Shown in pieces: positions 40,223-50,714 of a stretch of 64,000 nt of DNA (its first letter is position 1; every line of letters starts with the position of its first letter). A program made the position numbers and the translations under genes. Source of the DNA: Micavibrio sp. Its GTDB lineage: Bacteria; Patescibacteriota; Minisyncoccia; Moranbacterales; GCA-2747515. The notes beneath the pieces were generated by a model that did not search any database, was not told where the DNA came from, and worked only from the letters and a program-made list of their open reading frames with translations. The stretch covers positions 113,161-177,160 of the forward strand of contig DYDB01000002.1 of the NCBI GenBank assembly GCA_020718085.1, in the 5' to 3' direction.

Positions 40223-41443
40223 ATGAGTATATATATGCCACTCGCGGAGCGCATGCGTCCCAAAAAAATTGAAGATTTTTACGGTCAAGAACACCTTGTA
40301 AAAAAAGGGGCTGTTTTGCATTCTCTCATCAAAAAAGATCAAATTCCGTCGATGATCCTCTGGGGTCCTCCGGGTACGGGGAAAACGACACTTGCACGGA
40401 TCATTGCCAATGAGACAGCGGCACATTTTGTGCAAATCTCTGCGATCAACGCAGGTGTGAAAGATGTGCGAAAAGCAATTGATGATGCAAAGAGTTATGC
40501 ACGTCTTGGTACAAAAACCATTCTTTTTATCGATGAGGTACATCGATTCAATAAGGCGCAACAAGATGCATTTCTCCCAAGTGTGGAGGATGGCACAATT
40601 ACACTGATCGGTGCAACAACAGAAAATCCCAGCTTTGAAGTAAACAGCGCACTGCTTTCTCGTACACGCGTTTTTGTTTTGGAGTCCCTGTCACTTGAAT
40701 CACTTAAAAAAATTGTTACACATGTTCTACGGAGAAGTGAAGAAATTTTTGGGTATAAAAAAGTTGTCATTGATGATCCTGTTTTGGAGTATTTAGGTGC
40801 TCTCTCTAACGGTGATGCGCGTATCATGCTCAACGCATTGGAAGTTGCGGTACAATTGGCTCAAATGGACAAAAAGAAAGATGTGATCCTCAAAAAGCAC
40901 ATCGAGCAGGCAATTCAAAAAGCGAACATTTTATATGATAAAAACGGTGAAGAACATTACAATTTGATCTCAGCATTACATAAATCAATGCGCGGCGGAG
41001 ATGCTGATGCGGCAATTTATTATCTTGCGCGCATGTTGGAGGGTGGTGAGGATCCCTTGTATATTGCGAGGCGCGTTGTGCGTTTTGCGTCAGAAGATAT
41101 TGGCATGGCAAATTCATTTGCTCTACCACAAGCTGTTGCCGCATATGATGCATGTCGTTTTATCGGCATGCCGGAATGTGGTGTGAATTTGGCACAGGCG
41201 ATTGTATACATGGCAAAAAGTAAAAAGAGCATTGCCATTTATAGTGGGTACACAACGGCGCTACAGGATGTGCGTGACAAAGGCAATTTGCCGGTCCCAT
41301 TACATTTGCGCAATGCGCCGACAAAGTTGATGAAAGAATTAAATTATGGAAAAAATTATAAATACACACCACTTGCATCAGAAGAGGAAAATGCGGAGCA
41401 AGAATTTTTACCGGATGAGCTAAGGGGAAAGAAATATATTTAA
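40223..41443 (+). CDS. rarA: replication-associated recombination protein A
   Basis: PLAERMRP, WGPPGTGKTT, DEVHRFNKAQQD. Confidence 0.95.
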   Translation: MSIYMPLAERMRPKKIEDFYGQEHLVKKGAVLHSLIKKDQIPSMILWGPPGTGKTTLARIIANETAAHFVQISAINAGVKDVRKAIDDAKSYARLGTKTILFIDEVHRFNKAQQDAFLPSVEDGTITLIGATTENPSFEVNSALLSRTRVFVLESLSLESLKKIVTHVLRRSEEIFGYKKVVIDDPVLEYLGALSNGDARIMLNALEVAVQLAQMDKKKDVILKKHIEQAIQKANILYDKNGEEHYNLISALHKSMRGGDADAAIYYLARMLEGGEDPLYIARRVVRFASEDIGMANSFALPQAVAAYDACRFIGMPECGVNLAQAIVYMAKSKKSIAIYSGYTTALQDVRDKGNLPVPLHLRNAPTKLMKELNYGKNYKYTPLASEEENAEQEFLPDELRGKKYI

Positions 41444-41476
41444 AAAAGCGTTGTGATGCTGCACAACGCTTTTTTT
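41443..41476. terminator. bidirectional terminator
   Basis: AAAAAAGCGTTGTG-ATGCTG-CACAACGCTTTTTT. Confidence 0.85.
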
Positions 41477-41498
41477 GAAAATGGAGGATGTTTTTTAT

Positions 41499-42137
41499 TT
41501 ATTGATAATGTTGGAGAATGACCGTGGCACGATCATATGCGCCGTACACGAGCTCTCGCAGTGTTGCAATATGCTCTGTGTTGGAGGAGATCTCTCGCAG
41601 GTCATTTTCTGTATTTTGCAGAATAGTGTTGACATAGTCTTTGTCAACGCGCGCACCTGTCGCGAGTGCGAGAACGATTGATGATGCTTCGAGTAAGATC
41701 TCAGGTTCTTTACATTCGTTTACGAGAGAGTCCAAAGCAAATCGCATGTCGCTTCCACAAATGTCCTGATGATAGTGAGTAAAAGGAATTTGATCCCAAT
41801 TCACTTTTTCAACTGTTTCGACGTAGACGCGTATGAGGTTCTTTCGAATCATTCTTTTAACAGACGGTTCATATGTTGTGTCGATGGACAAGAGGTGTGT
41901 GTGATACAGGTGTTCGGATCCTGTATTGATGGGAACAACAACGATCACGCCCATGATAGCAGCGCCCCTTGAGTCATCATGACATGTGATAATGTAGCCA
42001 TTTTTTTGTAGTGACTGCCAATATGTCCACGTTTGATTTGATTCCTTTGGTCTTACGATGTGAAGGAGATGATTGAGTTCCTCTATACATCGTTCCACAA
42101 CGGTGTTGATGCCTATTGAAAATGATCGCGGATCCAT
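41499..42137 (-). CDS. hypothetical protein (212 aa)
   Basis: Promoter TTGTAA-17-TACAGT, SD AGGAGGAG; no firm family. Confidence 0.65.
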   Translation of the reverse strand: MDPRSFSIGINTVVERCIEELNHLLHIVRPKESNQTWTYWQSLQKNGYIITCHDDSRGAAIMGVIVVVPINTGSEHLYHTHLLSIDTTYEPSVKRMIRKNLIRVYVETVEKVNWDQIPFTHYHQDICGSDMRFALDSLVNECKEPEILLEASSIVLALATGARVDKDYVNTILQNTENDLREISSNTEHIATLRELVYGAYDRATVILQHYQ

Positions 42138-42347
42138 CGCCTCCTCCTTTTGTGATGTAGGTATGAATGTTAAACAACAATAATTTTGCCCTCACTGTAA
42201 CATTCTAAAATGATTTTTACAACAGGGAGTGTGCACATCTGGTTATTTTTTTCAAAAATATACTGATGTGAATTTGATTAGGCATCTTCAAAAAATACGA
42301 ATATTGGTGCAAATTCACAATTTTTGCGTTTATGCTATAATATTTTC

Positions 42348-43055
42348 ATGACTTATCAGGTAAAAACAGAGCAGTTTGAAGGTCCGCTGGATCTTCTTTT
42401 GGATTTGATCGAGAAAGAGCGGGTGGACATTACACGCGTGTCGCTTGCACGTATTACAGATCAATATCTTGATTATATCGGCAAAAAAGAAAATATCTCC
42501 TTGCACCATTTGGCTGATTTTTTGACAGTTGCAGCAAAGCTCATTCTTATAAAATCACATGCACTTTTACCACTTTTGAAATTGGAAGATGATGAGGAAG
42601 ATGATCTGCAGGAATTAGAGAGACAACTTGCTGCGCTAAAGGTCTTTAAGGATCATAGTGAAAAATTTGTGCAATTCTTTACGCAGGCAAAAAGTTCTTA
42701 TGGCAACAAGGGCATTTGGGGACAAGAAGCATTTTTTTGTCCTCCAGAAGGAATTGTTGTGCAGGATCTGCGTGGTGCATTTCTTTCATCCTTGCATACG
42801 ATTCCGCGTCTTGAAGCATTGGAGGAGCGAATTATGAGCGATGTTATTTCCTTGGAAAGGCGTATCATGTCCATTCAGCGAAGTGTGCAGGAACGTGCAG
42901 AAGTGGCATTTTCAGAATTAACGGCTCATGCAAAAGATCGTGCAGAAGTAGTAGTGTCATTTTTGGCAATTTTAGAACTTGTGAAACAAAAAATTGTTAT
43001 TGTGAAACAAAAGCGTCTTTTTGACGATATTATTTTGAAAAATGAAAAAATGTAA
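42348..43055 (+). CDS. scpA: segregation and condensation protein A
   Basis: FEGPLDLLL, SFLAILEL. Confidence 0.95.
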   Translation: MTYQVKTEQFEGPLDLLLDLIEKERVDITRVSLARITDQYLDYIGKKENISLHHLADFLTVAAKLILIKSHALLPLLKLEDDEEDDLQELERQLAALKVFKDHSEKFVQFFTQAKSSYGNKGIWGQEAFFCPPEGIVVQDLRGAFLSSLHTIPRLEALEERIMSDVISLERRIMSIQRSVQERAEVAFSELTAHAKDRAEVVVSFLAILELVKQKIVIVKQKRLFDDIILKNEKM

Positions 43056-43072
43056 CTAATTAATGATCTTTT

Positions 43073-43654
43073 ATGGTTAGTGAAAAAAAAGCAGAAAATA
43101 TGTTAGCGGTAATCGAAGCGATTCTTTTTATGTATGGCAAAGAGGTATCATTTGTACGTATTGCAGAGTTGCTTGAGAGTACGGAGGAAGTGATAAGAGA
43201 GCACGTCGTGAAATTGCAAGAATCGTATGCCGAACGCGATGGAGGCTTGCGCATCATGATCGGAGATCATCATGTACAAATGGTAACGCATCCGGCTGTC
43301 GCAACAATAATTGAACAAATGACAAAAAAAGAGATCGAAGGCCCATTGACATCTGTTGCTATGGAGGTTTTGGCGATCATTGCATATCGTGGTCCGATCG
43401 GGAAAGTGGATGTTGAGGCAATTCGCGGTGTGAATTGTTCATTCACTTTGCGCAATCTTGTGCGACGCGGTTTGATCGAACATGTGCGTGCAGATGAGGG
43501 AAGGCGGGCGCAGCGATATCAAGTAACGATGGATTTCTTACGCATTTTGGGTATTACAACTGTGGAAGAATTGCCAGAATTTATTGAGCTTTCAACAGAT
43601 AAGAGAATTGATGCAATTCTTTATAATGAACAGCATAATACACAGGAGGTGTGA
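43073..43654 (+). CDS. scpB: segregation and condensation protein B
   Basis: IEAILF, EVLAIIAYRGP, IRGVN. Confidence 0.95.
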   Translation: MVSEKKAENMLAVIEAILFMYGKEVSFVRIAELLESTEEVIREHVVKLQESYAERDGGLRIMIGDHHVQMVTHPAVATIIEQMTKKEIEGPLTSVAMEVLAIIAYRGPIGKVDVEAIRGVNCSFTLRNLVRRGLIEHVRADEGRRAQRYQVTMDFLRILGITTVEELPEFIELSTDKRIDAILYNEQHNTQEV

Positions 43655-43658
43655 TCTT

Positions 43659-44735
43659 ATGATAGAAAAGATGACCAAAAGGCAACGAGAAGTTTTTGCA
43701 ACGTATCCGATTGCGATATTGGTCTTTTTTGGTTTTCTTGTGGGAGTGAGCGTGTATATGCACCATACGTATATGCGACCAGTTATTGAAGAATCTGAAA
43801 AGCTGATGGTGCTTCCGGAGGATCCTGTGAAACAAAAAGAAAAGCAACGGCGCTTGCATGAGATCTTAGCGCAACAACGTGATCAAACAACGCATGTAAT
43901 TTATCAACCGATCAAAAATAAAAATGCACAGGAATTATTTGTGGATAATGCACATGCGGCAATTGTGCTTGATGCAGAGTCTGGTACGATCTTATGGCAA
44001 AAGAATGCAACAGAACGTCGGTCAATCGCATCAATCACCAAATTAGTGACCGCAATGGTTGTTATTGATCGCATACGCGATCTCAATGAGACTGTGACAA
44101 TCCCGGAGAGTGTTATGAACATTGAAGGAACAAAAGTAGGGTGTCCTACGTCGGTGATCTGTAATTCACCAAGGTTATATGCTGGAGAAGAAGTGCGTGT
44201 CAAAGATCTTTTGGCGGCAATGTTGATGTTCAGTGCAAATGATGCGGCTACGGTTTTGGGTGTACATGTGTCAGGGAGCGAGGAAGAATTTGCAGAATTG
44301 ATGAATGCACGTATGAAAGAGTTGGGTGCGGGAAATTCACATTTTTGTCGGCCATCGGGATTAGAACTTGATGTGAATGAGGAAATGTGCTATTCAAGTG
44401 CTTATGACATTGCGCGTGTGATGGCACATTTAATTCAGCACGATAAATATGATGTACTTTGGGAGATCATGCGAACAGATAAAATGACCTTTGCCTCTTT
44501 GGATGGTACGGTCATACATGAACTTGATAATACGGATCGTTTGATCGGTGATATGCCAAATCTTGTAGGGGCAAAAACAGGATTTACGCCTCGGGCAGGA
44601 TATAGTTTAGCACTCGCAACAGAAGATCCTTCACGCAAACATTTTGTCATTTCCGTTGTTTTGGATGACTATCATCGTTTTGATGATGTTGAGATCATGA
44701 GTGCATGGGCTTTTGCTAATTTTACATGGCAGTAA
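43659..44735 (+). CDS. D-alanyl-D-alanine carboxypeptidase (S11)
   Basis: ASITK (SxxK), SAN, KTG; N-terminal TM anchor. Confidence 0.9.
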   Translation: MIEKMTKRQREVFATYPIAILVFFGFLVGVSVYMHHTYMRPVIEESEKLMVLPEDPVKQKEKQRRLHEILAQQRDQTTHVIYQPIKNKNAQELFVDNAHAAIVLDAESGTILWQKNATERRSIASITKLVTAMVVIDRIRDLNETVTIPESVMNIEGTKVGCPTSVICNSPRLYAGEEVRVKDLLAAMLMFSANDAATVLGVHVSGSEEEFAELMNARMKELGAGNSHFCRPSGLELDVNEEMCYSSAYDIARVMAHLIQHDKYDVLWEIMRTDKMTFASLDGTVIHELDNTDRLIGDMPNLVGAKTGFTPRAGYSLALATEDPSRKHFVISVVLDDYHRFDDVEIMSAWAFANFTWQ

Positions 44736-44765
44736 AAACTATATTTAGTGATATAATAATCTTAT

Positions 44766-45860
44766 ATGATCGATTGGATTTACGCAGAACCAGAAATACA
44801 AGATGTGATCAAAGTGATGTTGACAGGACTCATCTCTTTTGTGATCGCGTTCTTTCTCACGCCACTTTGGACGCATTTTTTGTATAAGTATAAATTTGGC
44901 ATCAAGATCAAAGATCGCGGTGTACAGGGGGATACATTGCAGTATGTAAATACAATGCATGCCGATAAAACCGGTACGCCAACCATGGGCGGTGTCATTG
45001 TATGGGTGACGATATTTATTCTTATCTTTGCATCACAATATGTTTTTCCTATATTTGCATGGCTTACCGATAGCGCATTTATAGAGCGTTTGGATTTCTT
45101 ATCGCGTAAACAGACATGGCTACCACTTTTTGCACTGGTTGCAACAGGCATACTTGGACTTTTTGACGATGTCATGAGTGTGCGCGGATGGGGTGGAAAC
45201 AAGGGAGGCGGCATGCGTTTTGCCGCACGATTCTGGTGGCTTTTTGTGATTGCTGCAGCTGGTGCGTGGTGGTTTTATAGTAAGCTTGGTTGGGATATGA
45301 TCCATATGCCGGCATTTGGTGATTTCAATATCGGCTTATGGTATATTCCCTTATTTATTTTTGTGATCATTTTTGCGGCATTTTCTTCCAATGAAACAGA
45401 TGGGTTGGATGGATTAAATGGCGGTGTGCTCATGATGGCATTTGCGGCATTTACAGTGATCGCCTTTTTGCATAATAAAGTTGATCTTGCGTCATTTTGC
45501 GCCGCAATCACCGGTGCACTTTTAGCATTTTTGTGGTTTAATATTTATCCCGCACGTTTTTTTATGGGTGATACGGGTGCGATCAGTCTTGGGGCAACTC
45601 TTGGTGTAGTTGCGCTACTTACAAATTCTGTGATCATTCTATTTATCATTGTTTTTATTTACGTGTTGGAGTCGGGGAGTGCGCTTGCACAGATGACATC
45701 AAAAAAGTTTTTTAAACGCAAGATATTCCTTGCTGCACCAATTCATCATCACTTTGAAGCGATGGGGTGGCCGGAGCCAAAAATTACCATGCGCGCATGG
45801 ATCTTTACAGCAATTACGGCAGCGCTGGGACTCATTATCGGAATTATTGGCATGGGGTAA
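44766..45860 (+). CDS. mraY: phospho-N-acetylmuramoyl-pentapeptide transferase
   Basis: GTPTMGG, TDGLDGL, FMGDTG, APIHHHFE. Confidence 0.95.
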   Translation: MIDWIYAEPEIQDVIKVMLTGLISFVIAFFLTPLWTHFLYKYKFGIKIKDRGVQGDTLQYVNTMHADKTGTPTMGGVIVWVTIFILIFASQYVFPIFAWLTDSAFIERLDFLSRKQTWLPLFALVATGILGLFDDVMSVRGWGGNKGGGMRFAARFWWLFVIAAAGAWWFYSKLGWDMIHMPAFGDFNIGLWYIPLFIFVIIFAAFSSNETDGLDGLNGGVLMMAFAAFTVIAFLHNKVDLASFCAAITGALLAFLWFNIYPARFFMGDTGAISLGATLGVVALLTNSVIILFIIVFIYVLESGSALAQMTSKKFFKRKIFLAAPIHHHFEAMGWPEPKITMRAWIFTAITAALGLIIGIIGMG

Positions 45861-45901
45861 AAAATAAAAAAATAAATATTTAAGAATTAAAAATAAAACA
45901 T

Positions 45902-46951
45902 ATGCAAATCAAAAAAATACAAGATGCAGATGTTCATGGAAAGAAAGTGATCATTCGCGTGGATTTTAATATATCGATCAATGAATTAAAAGATGTTAAA
46001 TCCGCATACAAGCTTCGTGCAGCGATGGAAACAATAGAACATCTTCTGCGAAGCGGTGCAACACATATTGCACTTCTCACTCATTTTGGCAGACCGGAGG
46101 AAAAGAATGATCCTGCGAATTCAGTACAAAATATTGCAGATGATGTGGAGCGTATTTTGGATAGGAAAATTGTGTTTGTGTCAGACTGTATTGGTGAGAA
46201 AGTGGTACATGCTCTCGAAACGACAGAAAATGGTACGATATTGCTTTTGGAAAACGTGCGGTTTTATCCCGAAGAAGAATTAGATGATGCAACGTTTGCA
46301 AGATCCTTATGTGCACCTTTTGACATATATGTAAATGAAGCATTTGCAGTGAGCCATCGCAAGCATGCGTCAGTACATGCGATCACGCAATGTATGGATG
46401 CGTATGCAGGTCTATGGTTGCAAAAAGAATTGGAAAATTTGGAAAAAGTGAAGAATTCTCCGGACCATCCAGCTGTTGCAATTATTGGTGGTGCGAAAAT
46501 TGAAACAAAAATTCCTGTGATCAATGAGTTGGCAAAAAGATACGATAAAGTTCTTGTTGGTGGACGTACGGCAGTGGAGGCGCAAGAGAAAAAAATGATC
46601 TTGGGTGATAATGTTGTTTTGCCAATTGATTATGCATATAAGTTCTATGACATTGGACCAAAAACGATCGAGCGTTTTTGTGAAGAGATCGCACAAGCAC
46701 GCACGATTGTCTGGAATGGACCGATGGGTTTAATTGAGGAAGAGGAATACAAAAAGGGCACGATGGCTTTGATCGAAAAGATCGTTGCGAACACAGAGGC
46801 ATACAGCTTGATTGGTGGTGGAGAGAGTGTGCAAATTGCAGAGGAGAGCGGGCTTCTAGATAAATTGTCTTTCGTTTCAACTGGTGGTGGTGCGACACTT
46901 GTGTATTTAGGAGGAGAGGAGATGCCAGGCATTGATGTGTTAATGAAATAA
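45902..46951 (+). CDS. pgk: phosphoglycerate kinase (short form)
   Basis: RVDFN, LLENVRF, WNGPMG, STGGGA. Confidence 0.95.
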   Translation: MQIKKIQDADVHGKKVIIRVDFNISINELKDVKSAYKLRAAMETIEHLLRSGATHIALLTHFGRPEEKNDPANSVQNIADDVERILDRKIVFVSDCIGEKVVHALETTENGTILLLENVRFYPEEELDDATFARSLCAPFDIYVNEAFAVSHRKHASVHAITQCMDAYAGLWLQKELENLEKVKNSPDHPAVAIIGGAKIETKIPVINELAKRYDKVLVGGRTAVEAQEKKMILGDNVVLPIDYAYKFYDIGPKTIERFCEEIAQARTIVWNGPMGLIEEEEYKKGTMALIEKIVANTEAYSLIGGGESVQIAEESGLLDKLSFVSTGGGATLVYLGGEEMPGIDVLMK

Positions 46952-47134
46952 AGAGTATAATTTTTTTGAACCAGTTTATTGAGAGGCAAATTTTGGTAAG
47001 CTGATTTTTTGGAATCATTTTTGTGAATATGCTAATATACGTAGTATAGGATTCATGCACACTTTAAATAATAAAATAAAAATATGTAGAAGTTGCTAGT
47101 CATAAAGTTACTAGTTGCTGATTACCACAAAAAA

Positions 47135-48385
47135 ATGACAAAAATTACAAAGATCTTTGCACGAGAGGTATTGGATTCTCGTGGAAATCCAACAGTTGAG
47201 GCTGAAGTGCATCTTGAAAATGGTGTAAAGTCATGGTCACAAGTGCCAAGCGGTGCATCTACGGGAGAATTCGAGGCATTGGAATTACGTGATGGAGATA
47301 AATCGCGTTTTGGAGGTAAAGGAGTATTGAAAGCCGTTGCATTTGTAAATGGAGAAATTGCCGAGAAGATCGTTGGTATGGACGCGCAAGAGCAAAAGAA
47401 GATCGATGAGGCAATGGTTGCGTTAGATGGAACGGAAAATAAGGCTCGATTGGGTGCAAATGCGATTCTCGGTGTGTCTTTGGCAGCGTGTCGTGCAGCG
47501 GCAATCAGTAATGATGTGCCTTTGTATCGTTATATTTCACACATGCACGGTACACAAGAAATGAAAATGCCCATTCCGATGTTCAATGTGATCAATGGTG
47601 GCAAGCATGCGGATAGCGGATTGGCTGTGCAAGAATACAAAGTTGTGCCTCGTGGTATTCAAACATTCAAGGAACAATATCGTGCTGGTGCGGAAATTTT
47701 TCATGCACTACAAGAAAATCTTTCTGCAAAAAAATTATCCACAGCTGTTGGTGATGAGGGGGGTTTTGCACCTCGTTTGGAAGATAATCATGCGCCACTG
47801 GCGGAGATCAAAAATGCGGCAGAAAGTGCTGGATACAAAATGGGTGCACAAATTGGCATTGCGATTGATGTTGCGGCGAATTCTTTTTACTGTGATGATT
47901 GTAAAAAATACGCATTTCAATTGGAAGGAGAATCACTTTCAAAGGGTCAATTGCTTGAACGTTATGAAGAATGGATTGCCAATGATCATGTGTTTAGTAT
48001 TGAAGATGGCTTGACGGAATATGATTGGGGTGGATGGCATGAAATGTATGAAAAATTTAATGATCGCATTATGCTCATTGGTGATGACCTGCTTGTAACA
48101 AACACAAAACGCCTGCAGCGTGCCATTGATGAAAAAGCATGTAACGCAGCGTTGATCAAACCAAATCAAATTGGCACAGTAACGGAAACTTTGCAATGCA
48201 TTGCGCTTGCACAGCAACACAAGATGCGTGTGATTGTATCACATCGTAGTGGTGAAACAATTGATGATTTTATTGCGGATTTTTCTGTTGGAGTTGGTGC
48301 TGATTTTATAAAAACGGGATCGCTTTCTCGCGGTGAACGTTTATGTAAGTACAATCGCTTATTAACGATCGAGGAGCAGCTATAA
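47135..48385 (+). CDS. eno: enolase
   Basis: DSRGNPTVE, VGDEGGFAP, SHRSGET. Confidence 0.98.
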   Translation: MTKITKIFAREVLDSRGNPTVEAEVHLENGVKSWSQVPSGASTGEFEALELRDGDKSRFGGKGVLKAVAFVNGEIAEKIVGMDAQEQKKIDEAMVALDGTENKARLGANAILGVSLAACRAAAISNDVPLYRYISHMHGTQEMKMPIPMFNVINGGKHADSGLAVQEYKVVPRGIQTFKEQYRAGAEIFHALQENLSAKKLSTAVGDEGGFAPRLEDNHAPLAEIKNAAESAGYKMGAQIGIAIDVAANSFYCDDCKKYAFQLEGESLSKGQLLERYEEWIANDHVFSIEDGLTEYDWGGWHEMYEKFNDRIMLIGDDLLVTNTKRLQRAIDEKACNAALIKPNQIGTVTETLQCIALAQQHKMRVIVSHRSGETIDDFIADFSVGVGADFIKTGSLSRGERLCKYNRLLTIEEQL

Positions 48386-48389
48386 TATT

Positions 48390-49418
48390 ATGATAAACCA
48401 AAAGCCAAAAGTTATCTGTGTGGGGAGCATGGGAAAAGATATATTTTTTCCTATTGATCCAACACAAATGTCACATGGTGCACAATATTCCACGACGGAT
48501 TCCAAATGGTTCAACTTTGAATATGGCAGTAAAATTCATGTTGAGGATCGCTATAATGCTTTGGGTGGATGTGCATGTAATGTGTCGATTGGCTTGGCAA
48601 GATTGGGAGTTCATGTGTCTGCATGTGGCAATATTGGTAGTGATGCGGAAGGTAAATGGATCATGGATGTATTGCAAGAGGAAAGTGTTGATATAGAAAA
48701 AGTGCACATGATCGAAAATGCAAAAACAGATCTCTCTGTCATTTTGGTTGACACTGTTGTAGGTGAACGTACAATTTTTGTGAATCGTGATGTAGGTGAA
48801 CGATTGATCATTACAGAAAATGATATAAATAATGCGCAGTGGTGTTATGTGAGTTCGTTGTATGGAGAAAACTTACGAAATAACATGCATGTTTTGCATC
48901 ACGCAGTTACAAGCGGAAAGATTATGTTGGCATATAACCCTGGAGGAAATAATATTGCGCATGATGCAGATATCGTATTGGATCTCATCCATCATGCACG
49001 CATTGTTTTTGTCAATCGAACAGAAGCGCGAGAAATTATTGCACATTTTGATTCTGTAAAAAATGAAAAAAATGAAAAAGAAGAGTTGTATCTTTTGCAT
49101 ACGTTGAAGCAACATATGAAGGATGATAATGGTGTCGTTGTGCTTACGGATGGACGCAATGGTGCATGGGCATGTGGAAGTGATGAGATCTTGCGTACAA
49201 CTACGATCGATAAAGATCCTCATGACACAACAGGGGCCGGAGATGCTTTCGCAAGTGGATTTTTAGGGGGCTTTCTTTATGGAAAAACACTTACACAGTG
49301 TATGCAATGGGGGGGCGCAAACAGTGACTCTGTTATTGATCACTATGGTGCACAAAAAGGATTATTGCGGTATGATATAATTGAGAAGCAGTCACGGATG
49401 TTTGATGTGAAAAAATAA
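48390..49418 (+). CDS. PfkB family carbohydrate kinase
   Basis: GGCACNVSIGLARLG, DTTGAGDAFASG. Confidence 0.9.
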   Translation: MINQKPKVICVGSMGKDIFFPIDPTQMSHGAQYSTTDSKWFNFEYGSKIHVEDRYNALGGCACNVSIGLARLGVHVSACGNIGSDAEGKWIMDVLQEESVDIEKVHMIENAKTDLSVILVDTVVGERTIFVNRDVGERLIITENDINNAQWCYVSSLYGENLRNNMHVLHHAVTSGKIMLAYNPGGNNIAHDADIVLDLIHHARIVFVNRTEAREIIAHFDSVKNEKNEKEELYLLHTLKQHMKDDNGVVVLTDGRNGAWACGSDEILRTTTIDKDPHDTTGAGDAFASGFLGGFLYGKTLTQCMQWGGANSDSVIDHYGAQKGLLRYDIIEKQSRMFDVKK

Positions 49419-49427
49419 GAAATTTAC

Positions 49428-50690
49428 ATGGGATTTTTAAGTAAAATCACACATTTAAAAACAGACAAGGAGTATTATCTTGCTCTGGATGTCGGTACAG
49501 AGGTTGTAAAATCTCTTGTTTTTAAGCTTGATAAAAAAGAAAATAAAGGAATCATTGTTGGTGTGGGACGTGAAAAACAAGATCGTGGAAATATGCAAAG
49601 TGGGGCAATCTCTGATATTAGCGGTGTGATTAATACGTGTCGCAAAGCGATTGATCGTGCAAAAAAAAGTGCTGGGATCAAAGAAGTGTCACTCGCAGTT
49701 ATGGGAGTTGCAGGAGAATTGGTAAAAGGCACAACAACAACTGTGCATTATGAACGCGCAAATCCAAATGTGCGCATAGAATTACCTGAACTCAAAGAGA
49801 TCATCCAGCGTGTACAGTGGAAAACATTTGAACGAATTAAGGAACAAGTGGAATGGGAGATCGGGCGGTCCGCGGATGTCAAACTCATTAATGCAGCGAT
49901 CGTTGATGTGCGCATTGACGGGTACCGCGTTACAAATCCGTTGAACTTTCAGGGAAAAAGTTTGTCGATCAGTGTTTTCAACGCATATGCGCCAATGATG
50001 CATCTTGGTGCAGTGGATACAATTGCTGAAGAATTGGATCTTGAGCTAATACGCGTTGCTGCTGAGCCTTATGCGGTTTCTGCATCCGTTGGCTATGAGG
50101 ACATTCTGGATTTTAACGGCATCTTTATTGATATTGGTGGTGGTACGACTGATATTGCCGTAGTTCGTAATGGTGGATTGGAAGGTACAAAGATGTTTGC
50201 ATTGGGTGGACGTGCTTTTTCAAAACGCTTGGCACAAATTTTGCGCATCCCCTATGAAGAAGCGGAGGTCTTGAAAATGAAATATGCCTGTGGTAAACTG
50301 CCGCAGAATGTTTCTGAGCAATTTGCAAAGATCTTATTGCAAGACAGTAAGGTGTGGCTTGGTGGCGTTGAATTGTCTCTCATGGAATTTGCAGAGAAGG
50401 ATCTTTTGCCTGCAAATATTTATTTGTGTGGAGGAGGTAGTGCGTTACCTGAAATTGGACAGGTTTTGTTGAGTGAGGAGTGGGCAAAGAAATTGCCGTT
50501 TACAAAAAAGCCCCGGGTAAATTTCTTACAACCAAAAGATGTGATCAATATTGTGGATCAAACAGGAGAATTGGATAACCCACAAGATGTGACTCCTATG
50601 GCATTGGCAAACTTAATTGTGGAGATGTCAACTAAAGAAAAGGCGATATCGCAAATTCTCCAACGTGCAATGCGTGATGTTCAGAAGTAA
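49428..50690 (+). CDS. FtsA-like actin-family ATPase
   Basis: LDVGT, DIGGGTTD, LCGGGS; no ftsZ nearby. Confidence 0.8.
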   Translation: MGFLSKITHLKTDKEYYLALDVGTEVVKSLVFKLDKKENKGIIVGVGREKQDRGNMQSGAISDISGVINTCRKAIDRAKKSAGIKEVSLAVMGVAGELVKGTTTTVHYERANPNVRIELPELKEIIQRVQWKTFERIKEQVEWEIGRSADVKLINAAIVDVRIDGYRVTNPLNFQGKSLSISVFNAYAPMMHLGAVDTIAEELDLELIRVAAEPYAVSASVGYEDILDFNGIFIDIGGGTTDIAVVRNGGLEGTKMFALGGRAFSKRLAQILRIPYEEAEVLKMKYACGKLPQNVSEQFAKILLQDSKVWLGGVELSLMEFAEKDLLPANIYLCGGGSALPEIGQVLLSEEWAKKLPFTKKPRVNFLQPKDVINIVDQTGELDNPQDVTPMALANLIVEMSTKEKAISQILQRAMRDVQK

Positions 50691-50714
50691 GTTATAACCT
50701 TATTACAATAATTT